From NCBI RefSeq assembly GCF_006345805.1, contig NC_042998.1, forward strand, positions 132,246,001 through 132,310,000: a stretch of DNA of 64,000 nt, given 5' to 3'. A program made the translations under genes and the position numbers. The stretch comes from Octopus sinensis. Taxonomy: Eukaryota. The notes under the pieces are model-generated. The model saw nothing but the letters and a program-made list of their open reading frames with translations. It did no database searches and was not told where the DNA came from. Below, piece by piece: positions 40,424 to 50,885 of this stretch. Positions within the stretch are counted from its first letter, which is position 1. Every line of letters starts with the position of its first letter.

Positions 40424-40662
40424 TTGACCCTTTAACAAACTGACCATATCTGGCCAAAATATTCTACCGCTTTCATGTTCGAACTAGCCAGATCCAGATT
40501 TAGCCTCTCACACCTACTCAACATATGATGTGACTGTTTATAAAAATAAACAGTTACATCATTGAAATTTCAAAACTATTAGATAATACCATGATTAATT
40601 CAAAACAGTGTGAATAAATACGTTTTACATTTGACAAAATGATCTGAATGCTGAAGGGTTGA
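40424..40662. mobile_element. piggyBac-like MITE (decayed TTAA-CCCTTT...AAAGGG-TTAA termini)
   Basis: Left end TTGACCCTTTAACA and right end GAATGCTGAAGGGTTGA are imperfect inverted repeats resembling TTAA|CCCTTT and AAAGGG|TTAA; ~240 bp non-coding interior. Confidence 0.55.
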
Positions 40663-40723
40663 AGTGATTTAAAGTTAGATGTACTATCAAAATATTTGAT
40701 ATCAATTTGTTCCAAACACCAGC

Positions 40724-41216
40724 TTAACCCTGTTGAGACACAGCGTTTTGGTATGTGCAACCAAAAAGACCAAAGTTTTTTTGTTTTTTTTTCCCATTGA
40801 GATTGAAAATGATGGGTGCCTAAAACTATTTTATTAGTATGTAAGAACTATATATGTTATATAGTTTTATATTATATTTCATGAAAGACAATTCCTGATT
40901 GGCTATTTACACTTCAAAATGTTTGTTTAATTTGGCTGATGGATCGGTCTCAAAGTCTTTTCAGTTTGTATGAATTGGGCTGATCAATCAACCTGGGTGT
41001 CCCAAATAGGTTAATAACGACAAATTTATTTTACAAAATTCTTCCTGTTTTCAAAATTAACTGACATGGATGATGTATTCTTCAAAAGAATTATAGTACC
41101 AAAACGGTTATAGCAAGTCTTCTCTGTTAGATTGGACCTATGAGCAAAGACATTTTGACTATGAACATACTGTATTGTTTGAAGGATTTCATTAACTGGG
41201 GTCTCACGGAGGTGAG
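40724..41216 (-). mobile_element. piggyBac-like transposon remnant with a decayed transposase fragment
   Basis: TTAA+CCCTGTTGAGAC at 40724 and a degenerate counterpart GTCTCACGGAGG at 41201. Minus-strand translation of ~40880-41010 gives DQPNSYKLKRL*DRSISQIKQTF*SVNSQS (second frame KTLRPI), resembling the D-K-L-x-K-I-R-P...F-x-S-V segment of piggyBac transposases. Confidence 0.45.
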
Positions 41217-41278
41217 CTGGCTGAGTTCCTTTCAAGCACTGAGCTTCATGAAGACAAAGTGGCTTAGTTACTCTCGAG

Positions 41279-41585
41279 TGTTGGGCCTCGTAGAGACAAT
41301 GACCAAAGCCTTTGACATTATGTCATGCTTGAGAAGAAGACCCATCAAGCTGCGTAAAATTGCAGTTGTGACAGATACTGGTGTCATGCAAATGGCACCT
41401 GTGCCTGTGGCACATAAAAAGTACCCATTACACTCTCAGGGTGGTTGGCGTTAAGAAGGGCATCCAGCCATAGAAAACCATGCCAAATCAAACTGGAGCC
41501 TGGTGCAACCTTCCAGCGTGCCAGCCCAGTCAAATCATCCAACCCACACCAGCATGGGCAATGGATGTTAAATGATGATGAGGAT
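41279..41585 (+). mobile_element. RTE-type LINE 3' end
   Basis: VLGLVETMTKA../HYVMLEKKTHQAA* followed by the same tail family, ending GGATGTTAAATGATGATGAGGATG. Homologous to 26720-27150. Confidence 0.7.
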
Positions 41586-43508
41586 GTGTCATTGCTATTT
41601 CTAGCAGTTGAGTAAACACACACACACATGCTGTACACATAGGTGTACTCTTCTGGTTTTTGTACAAAAAGGAATATTAGAGATTTAAGTGTGCTCCCTT
41701 AATGAATACACAACAAAATCCACAGAATATATTTAAACTTAAAATGTTTGAGTTAGTAATTTCTCTAAGTATTGCCTGTCTTACCCACATGGCTAGATTT
41801 GCCCCCTAAAATTCTAACATGTAAAGCACCTTCTCTGACAGAACTGTAATTTCTCCTGCTCTAGCAGTAATGGTGGTAGTGGTGGTGGTGGTGATGGTGA
41901 TGGTTGTGTGTGTGTGTATGTGTGGAGGGAAGCTGGTGGCGGTTGTTATATCAACTGCAGTTAAATGCATTATTTTGACTTGGGGAGTGGAGGAGTGGAA
42001 GAAGCAATAAATAAATAGATAAATAATAAATAAAATAAAAGAAGAAAAAACAACAACAAAAGGCCTGCAGAAACAAAACAAAATATCAGAGCACAAATTA
42101 GCTTGTCGACATGTATATTTGAAACATAAAGAGTTATGTGTTATTCATATCAAGCTTAGTCTGGGTCACAGATCATTAGTTAATATCTGAGACTTGTGAA
42201 TAGTTACTCTCTCTCTCTTTCTCACTCTCTCTCTTTCTCTCTCTCACTCATTCTTCCATCTACCTCTCCACCATAAAAATCACTACAATAAATCTCCAAA
42301 AAAAAAATGATAATGATAATAATTAAATGAATAAAATAAAACATTGAAAGAAATTATTAGAGAAACAAAACTACTTATTATTCCAATTTAAAATTTTTTC
42401 TCTGCATGCCATTTCTCTGTCTGTCATATTTAGCAATATTTTTACACACACACACACACATCATCATCATCATTGTTTTATTGTCAACCTCTTCTATAGT
42501 AACAAAAGTCAGGTGGAATTCATTGAGGCACGTTTTCTCCAGCCATATGTTCTTCCTCTCGCCAAATCATACTCATTTCCAATTAAGGTAATATGTCCCC
42601 AAGATCGGACATGTTTTCATGACACATTGGAAACAAATGGCATTGCCTACATGATGGTAACATTTGTTTGCTACTATTCTGCAATGTTAACACAAGGAGT
42701 TGTAAACATACTGACCCATCACTACCTTCTTGTATTTCCATCAGCCACAGTAGCTCCTCTATAGCTCAACACTTGTGCTTGTCCTGTCACATTTTAGCCA
42801 TTGCATTGGCTCTCTTTCGGTTATGAGTATGAGGGTTCTAGTTGATCTGATCAATGGAACAGCCTCCTCGTGAAACTAACATGCAAGTAGCAGAGCACTC
42901 CACAGACATGAGTATCCTTAACGTAGTTCTAAGGGAAATTCAGCATGACACAAACAGGACGAGGCTGGTCATTTGCCAGCTTAGTGTGCTGGAGCAACAA
43001 GAAATAAAGTGGCTTGCTCAAGGAAACGTGTCACCAGGAATTGAACTCATGACCTTACGATCATGAGACGAATACCCTAACCACTAAGCCATGCGTCTTC
43101 ACTTTTTAGCTATTGTATACCTAGCATAACGCTACCCACCTCTACCTTCCCCTACCAAATATCTCCTCTTGGTAGTGGGAGCTTTTTTCATTTCCTTTCT
43201 TTCTCTTCTCTGCTGTCCTGCAAGTTATATGATAACTTCACTATTGCCAGTGGCATGGGAAAAGCACCCAGTACACTCTGTAAAGTGGTTGGCATTAGGA
43301 AGGGCATCCAACTATAGAAACTGTTCCAGAGATGACACTGAAGCTTGATCTGACCACTGTAGCTTGGCAGTTCCCTTTCAAACAATCTAACCCATACCAG
43401 CTTGGAAAGCAGATGTTAAATTATGATTTTATATATGTGTGTGTGTGCGTGTGCATGACATACTTCTTTTAGTCTCTATCCACTCACAATGCTTTCGTTA
43501 GTCTAGGG

Positions 43509-43845
43509 CAGTGTTTCTCGACCTTTTTACCCTTGTGTATCCCTTAAAATAAATTACATGTCTCAAGGACCCCCTACACACAAAAAAATTACATACCATA
43601 TCCTTCTCATTTTTTTCATCATAGTTCACATGGTAAATATCATATATGTGTGTGAGTGTGTGTGTGTGGTTGTTATATTTTTTTTATAACATAATAGGTT
43701 AGATAGGATGATGTCTATATTACAATATTACAATAACCAATAATATGTCGTGCTTGTATAGTAATATTACAATCATGAAATTTTAACACTATCTTATCTC
43801 ACCCTTTTTCATGGAATCCTTAGGAAGCCCAGTTGAAAAACGCTG
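43509..43845. mobile_element. hAT (Buster/Charlie-type) MITE inserted into a SINE
   Basis: TIRs CAGTGTTTCTCGACC / AGTTGAAAAACGCTG. 8-bp TSD GTCTAGGG (43501-43508) vs GTCTAAGG (43846-43853). The host SINE resumes as GCTATAGTAGAAGACACTTGC. Confidence 0.85.
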
Positions 43846-45616
43846 GTCTAAGGCTATAGTAGAAGACACTTGCTCAAAGGGTTTAGCAGTGGAACTGAGC
43901 CTGAAACCACATGGTTTGGAAGCAAACTTCTTAACTACACAGCCATGCCTGTATCTAGCCATACCTATACATACACACACATATATACTATCTATCTATC
44001 TGTGTGTGTGTTTGTGTGTGTGTGTGTTTAGAGAGAGAGATATATGAACATTTAGTATGATGATGATATATGTGTATGTGTGTGTCTATGTGTTCAGGCA
44101 AGTACTGTGTATGTATGTGCGTGCAGGCATTTATGGGTCTTGTGTGTGTGTGTGTGTGTAATTGTTTTTTAAAACTTCCTGCCTGCTTTACAATACTTGA
44201 ATTCCTCATAGCATGTCAGTTTAACTTTCCTATAGAACAAAAGAAGATTAAAAAAAAAAACCAAACCTGTCACAGCTATTTGGTAATTTTCTAGTCAGCA
44301 TCTTTTTTAATGTGCCAGTTATTTTGAAATGTGTGCTGTTATGTTTGTTGTTGCTGTTGTCATTTTAGTATATTTCGTACATGTACTGTAATGAGGAAGA
44401 TAATATAGATATAGTTTCTGTGAATGGTCTTTTTTTTTTTTTTACATGCAACAAAAAATATTCTTCTTGGATTTTTGAATTATAAAGTCATGTCATTATA
44501 CTTAATTTTTGCTGACTGGAAAAGGGCAAGAATATCACACACAACTTGAGGCCCACCTTACATATTTGTCTCCCCTTCTTCTTGCCGCCCATTCTGTGTT
44601 ATCTCAATCGACCTAATTTCATAATGTCATATGTACTGAATCCCTTTCTCACTGCTGCCTGTCTTTGTCTTGTAGACATCCACTTACAGATGTTAAAACT
44701 CTCTGGAGTACCTTATAAATGTTATGATATTGTACCTTCCTCCTAACTGTACTAGAGAATGGTCTAAAGCAGTCATGGACAAATTAAGGCCCATGGGACT
44801 TTCTGAATGATATGCCAACATAGAATTGAATTGGATTATTTTAATAGCTTGGCTCACCTGATGGTGAGCCATGTCTATTGTATGACTCTCTTCTTGGAAA
44901 AGTTTGCCCTTGTCTGGTCCAAAGCTTCATGTCCATGCAATAAACTGTTGTCATTATTGCTTTTTATCACCTTTGTCGTCGTCATCATCTTCATCATCAT
45001 CATCATCACCACCACCACCACCACGTTCATTGTCATCTTTTTAATGTCCATGCAGCCAGCCTTCATAACAAACCTTGTCATTTTTTTTTAAGTCAGTGTT
45101 TCTTTATTAGACCTGTGAGACCCACAAGTATCATATCCCATCTCACCACTTCCTTTGTCTTCTTCTTCCTCCTCCTCCCCATCGTCATCATCATCATCAT
45201 CACTCTTATTTAAGGCGGCAAGCTCATAGAATCTTTAGTGTGCTGGACAAAATGCTCAGCAGCATTTCGTTTGTCTTTACGTTCTGAGCCCAAATTCCAC
45301 CAAGGCCAACTTTGTCTTTCATCCTTTCCAGGTACCTGTCAAGTTCTGGGGTCAGTGTAATCGACTTACCCCCACCCCTCAAAAACTTCTGGCTATCTGC
45401 CAAAATTTGCAGCCATTATTGTTAATATTGTTATTATGAAGGAGGGTAACAAGCTGGCAGAGTTGTTAATGCATTGGGCAAAATACTTAAAAGCCTTTCT
45501 TCTAGCTTTAAGGTCAACTTAGCCTTACAACTTTACTAGTTGAGTACTGGGGGGGGGGGGTAAAGGTAATTGACTAATCCCCTTCCTCTAAAATTGCTCC
45601 CAAAATTTGCAATCAA

Positions 45617-45652
<36 letters not shown>

Positions 45653-45759
45653 CAATAATATAACTTTTTGTTTTTGTGTGTACCTGTTGTGTACGTCACA
45701 CTTACTTCAAAGAAGTGGCAAAGCAAGAGCGAGGAGGACAAAGAGGAAGTAAGAGAGAA

Positions 45760-45905
45760 AGAGAGAGAGTGAAAGAGACAGTGAGTGGTAACAGTGTTCG
45801 TTTTTGTGTTTTTAAATGTTTCAGAGAGGAAGAGAGAGAGAGAGAGAGAGAGTGAAAGAGACAGTAAGTGGTGACAGCGTTTGTTTTGTGTTTTTAAATG
45901 TTTAT
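45760..45905. repeat. ~80 bp tandem duplication bounded by (GA)n
   Basis: GAGAGAGTGAAAGAGACAGT(G/A)AGTGGT(A/G)ACAG..TTTTGTGTTTTTAAATGTTT occurs twice. Confidence 0.85.
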
Positions 45906-47284
45906 CACATCGCAAGAGTAGATACGTTGATACATATACACATTGTTAAATCAAAAGCAGGAGAGAAGAGGGACACAAAGGAAGTGAAAGAGAAAGAGAG
46001 AAAGTAGATACATAAATCCAAAGAAAAGTTCATACTTGGATACATGCACACAGCAAATGTTGGATGTCAATTTCACTTTTCATTACCACACGATGATAAA
46101 ATTAAGTCACAAGTCGCTGAGTACTCCTCAGACATGCATAACATTAACGTAGTTCTCAAGGAGATTCAGCCTCACACGGAATATGACAAGGCTGGCCCCT
46201 TTGAATTACAGCTACAACTCGAGACATATATATATGAATGTATTTGTGTGTGCAGAGTTTAGGTCAGTTAAAACATGTTTTCAATAATAAGCGTCACATG
46301 GTGGAAATAAACACAGTTATCAAACTTTCATTCATAAATCCATTTATTTCGTTCTTTTGCATTTCAATTTTTACATTAAGGTTCTTTGAATATGTACAAT
46401 GTATTTTAAGGTTAAATAGTAATTACATTTACGTTTGTGTAACTGAGATATTTTGGTTGGATTATATAGTCATTGGTGTTACATTGCTTTCTATATTCTG
46501 TAACTGTCACAAGATACTTTTCTAGATCTGAATTTTTTGTGGGGAGGGGGGATAATTGATTAGATCAACCCCAGTACACAACTGATACTTAATTTATCGA
46601 CCCTGAAAAGATGAAAGGCAAAGTTGATCTCGGCAGAATTTTAACTCAGAATGTAAAGACAGACAGTCATAATATACAAACATTTCTCATGACACCAGTA
46701 CACTGTTTACAGATGCTTACATTTTTAATGTTTTCCGTGAATTTTTCACGGGTCCAGCTAGTTATTATTATTATTATTGGGAAAATTATGAGCCAGCAAA
46801 GGAGCCTTTATATAGTCACCAGCCTGATAGACATAGCAGCCAAGTTTCCCTCAAATTGTTGCTCATTTGATAATGTAGTTTTAGATACATCTAAAAGGGG
46901 GGGAAAAGAAAAAAAAAACAGGATTGTCATGGGTGGAATGTTTTTGATGAGAAGTCCTCTCATTTATGATTGCAGTTGGGCTAAACAACGACAGTAACAA
47001 AAATATGGACAGCAACGTCAACAACATAACAACAACAACAACAGAGACATGCATTGTGGTGAAATCCATTGACAAGATAATAAATGACTGATTTCTGATC
47101 ACCCTACCTTAAGAAACAGGTGCCACTGTGACTTTACAGTCGACTGGTTAGTAATTGGAAAGAAGGAGAGAGAGAGAGAGAGGGAGGGATTTTAAAAAAT
47201 GAGAAAAAAAAACAAACTTCCAGCTGTAAAAGAACACTTGCTTCAACAATACATATGCAAATATGAAGAGTTTACAATAAATAC

Positions 47285-47323
<39 letters not shown>

Positions 47324-47458
47324 GCATGTGTGTGTGTGTGTGGAGAGAGAGAGGGGGAGAAAGAGAGACATAAAGATAGATAATAAAACATATATATTGG
47401 CATGTAGAAAATTGCTATAAAAACCAAATAGTGAAAATGAAATTGAAACACAAAAGGC

Positions 47459-47495
<37 letters not shown>

Positions 47496-47515
47496 ATATA
47501 TACACACACACACAT

Positions 47516-47563
<48 letters not shown>

Positions 47564-48104
47564 GCATGGCTCAGTGGTTAGAGTGTCAGGTTTACAATTA
47601 TGAGGTAGTGAGTTTGATTTCTGGACTGAGTTGTATATTGTGTTCTTGAGCAAGACACTTTATTTCACATTGGTCCAGTTCACTCGGCTGTAGATGGTGT
47701 GCGATGGTGGTGATAATGATGATGGTGCATGAAACATTATTAGGAATTTCATTAAAATGAAATTATTTTAATATTTTGTGTATTGTAGAAGTGTAAGCAA
47801 TTTATTGCTCATTCATCATCATCGTTTAACGTCCGCTTTCCATGCTAGCATGGGTTAATATTGACAAAAAAAACCCCCTTGTATTTGGACCCCCAAGGGC
47901 CAGTTGAGAACCCCTGCTCCAGGAAGTATAGTCTGCAAGGTGTTAGACATTGAATACCATAAAACTGAAAAATAAAAATGAGCTCATTGCAGATGGCAGT
48001 AGTTGCTTTTTTTACAAGGTACCTGTTTTTATGTGATTGTTGTGGAAACTGGAGTGAGTTGTGTAGAAGGATAAATGAAGAAGGTTATAGATATTCTTTT
48101 GATC

Positions 48105-48495
48105 TTTTATTTGTTTCCGGCATTTGACAGTGGCCATGCTGGAGCACCACCTTAAGGGGTTTTAGTTGAAGAAATCGCGCTCCCCCAGGACTTATTCTTT
48201 GCAAGCCTAGTACTTATTCTGTCGGTGTCTTATGCTGACCTGCTAAGTTACGGGGGTGTAAACACATCAACATCACTTGTCAAGCGATGGTGGAGGGACA
48301 ACCAGACACAAAGACACACACACAAAATATATATATGGCAGGCTTCTTTCAGTTTCCGTCTACCAATTCCACTCACAAAGCTTTCATTGGTCCAAGGCTA
48401 CAGTAGCAGTTTCACGCTCAAGGTGCCACGCAGTGAGACTGAACCCAGGATCATGTGGTTGGGAAGATAGCGACGTACCACACAGCCACGCCTAC
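48105..48495 (-). mobile_element. Full-length SINE of the same family as 33320-33722
   Basis: Collinear with 33320-33722 over both halves. Confidence 0.8.
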
Positions 48496-48981
48496 ACCTA
48501 TGAGGGAGGCTTTTTTCATTTTTATTTGGTAATGTCAGTGGAACTAATGACTGATGGCTTAATTGGGTAACCTTTTCCAGTGAGTGACACTGACTGATGA
48601 GGTCTTATTTGCTTGTGCTTGTCAGTGAATGTATGGTTTTTTTTTTATACACAGAGTAAATATGTAATGTGTATGTATGTGTGAAAGTATATGCCTGTGT
48701 GTATGCACATACACACACATATTATACATAAATATATGTATACGTTTATGTATATACATATATATATATATAGATACACACATGTATGCATGTCTATAAT
48801 GTGTGTGAGTGCAAGATTATGTTTATGTATGTATGTATGTATGTCTCTTTCCCTCTCTATATGTGTATCTATATATCTCTGTCTATTGATAGATAAATAG
48901 ATAGATAGATAGATAGATAGATATATACATACATACATATATGTTTATATGTAACCCAACCATAACCATCACTCATATGTA

Positions 48982-49338
48982 TTGGGTTGTCCAGAAAGTT
49001 CATGCCGATTTATAGTAGCTTACCTTTCGACTTATTTTAGGACATGGTTCAGTCCACAAAATAGGATTTGACTACACCTTCATTTAGAGCACCGTTTAAG
49101 CTATCTTTTCATAGAAGAAGGTTTATGTTCCTATAACCTGTGTTAATTCTGTAACCCTTTAAAATGGAAGATAAGAAAGTTCATTTTTGGCACTTGATGC
49201 TTTTCTTTTTCCGTAAAGGGAATAATGCCTCACAAGCAACCAAAGAAATATATGCAGTTTGTGGTGATGTTTCTTTATCTGAAAGAACTGTACAGAAGTG
49301 GTTCGCAAGGTTCCCAGCTGGAGATTGTAGCCTTAATT
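48982..49338 (+). mobile_element. 5' fragment of a mariner (Tc1/mariner) DNA transposon: left TIR plus N-terminal HTH part of the transposase, truncated by a SINE
   Basis: TA (48980-48981) followed by the TIR-like TTGGGTTGTCCAGAAAGTTCATGCCGATTT. ORF from 49164 reads MEDKKVHFWHLMLFFFRKGNNASQATKEIYAVCGDVSLSERTVQKWFARFPAGDCSL, the typical mariner N-terminus. SINE sequence follows from ~49339. Confidence 0.9.
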
Positions 49339-49579
49339 TGAACTCAGAATGCAAAGGTAGACAGACTGCCGCTAAGCATTTTGCTTAGCATGCTACTGAT
49401 TCTGATATCCAGTGTTGGTTTGTTTACATCCCCATAGCTTTGCAGTTGAGCAAAAAATATTAATAGAATAAGTACCAAAATGAAAAAAATATGATGTCAA
49501 TTTGTTTGACAAAATTCTTCAAGGCAGTGCCCTGCATGGCTGCAGTTTAATGACTGAAACAAGTAAGTGATAAAAGTTA

Positions 49580-49735
49580 AGGATTGGCTGTGTGGTAAGA
49601 AGCTTGCTGCCCAACCACATGGTTCCAGGATCAGTCCCACTGCGTAGCATCTTTGGCAAGAGTCTTCTACTATAGCCTCAGGCCAACCAAAGCCTTGTGA
49701 GTGGATTTGGTAGATGGAAACTGAGAGAAGCCTGT

Positions 49736-49796
<61 letters not shown>

Positions 49797-50000
49797 ATAT
49801 CTGTGTTTGTTCCCCCCTCCGTCTCTTGACAACTGACGTTGGTTTGTTTATGTCCCCATATCTTAGCAGTTTGGCAATAGGGACTGACAGAATAAGTACT
49901 AGGCTTACAAAGAATAAGTCCTGGGATCGATTTGTTCGACTAAAGGTGGTGCTCCAATATGTCCACAGTCAGATGACTGAAATGAGTAAAAGAATAAAAC
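49580..50000 (+). mobile_element. Full-length SINE of the same family as 33320-33722
   Basis: GGCTGTGTGGTAAGAAGCTTGC head, internal (TA)n(TG)n, 3' half ending GATGACTGAAATGAGTAAAAGAATAAAA. Confidence 0.8.
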
Positions 50001-50618
50001 AATATATATTTTTAGAGAGAAGTGTTTTTTTTTTGAAAAACGACCAAAAAGCTAGTGTGAATCAAAGTGAATACAAGACGGGAGTAATTATTTTAGGTTA
50101 TCCAGTAATTATGGTTTTAATTGGTTTATACAACACAGGATTGTGATGTTATGTACAAAACTGCAATTATGCAAACCCATCCAAAGCACAACAGCATGGG
50201 TAATTGGACTAAAATGGCTATCACACATGCACATACACACACAGACACACACACACATTTATAAGCAAATATAAACATAGATGTAAAGTTGATATTTATC
50301 TATAGACCAACAACAATGAGGTTTTTTAATTTAAGCACAAGGCCAGCTGTTTTGACGGGAGGGGTTAGTCAATACCGTTGACCTCAATACTTGTCTGTTA
50401 CTCTTTTTCAGTGACCTTGGAGAGATGGAAAGCAATGTCAGCCTCAGTAGGATTTGAACTCAGAGCATGAAAGACTAGAGCAAATATACCACAAGGCATT
50501 TTACTGACACGCTAGGAATTCTTCCAATCCACCCACCCTCATTAATAATCATTTCTAGCATAGGTACAGGGCCTGAAATGTTGGTGAGACAGGGATTAGT
50601 TGATTAAATTGGCTGAAG

Positions 50619-50885
50619 TACAAGGTGGGGTAGAGAAAACGGACATTTTTGAAAAATTCACAAATTCATTAATATTAGCTGCAAACAAATTTTATTGATA
50701 TCAATGTGTTCGTATTAAGTGTGGTAAACAACATCCATCATGTGGTGTCTGGTTTCATTGATGCCTTTCTGAAAGCTTGTCTGACACATTCCACATTTTC
50801 TGGGGTCCGTACTGTTTGTGGCGCCCTCACCGGTCACCTTTTCATTCGCGTACCCCATGTATGAAGTGCATTCACCCCACCTAAA
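50619..50885 (-). mobile_element. Internally deleted Tc1/mariner-superfamily (maT/DD37D-like) element
   Basis: Minus strand encodes PVRAPQTVRTPENVECVRQAF (GRPRTVRTPEN-like linker) fused to FQKGINETRHHMMDVVYHT* (C-terminus-like). TA+CAAGGTGGGGTAGAGAAAACGGAC TIR-like end at 50619; only a partial ACCCCACCT counterpart near 50876. Confidence 0.6.
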
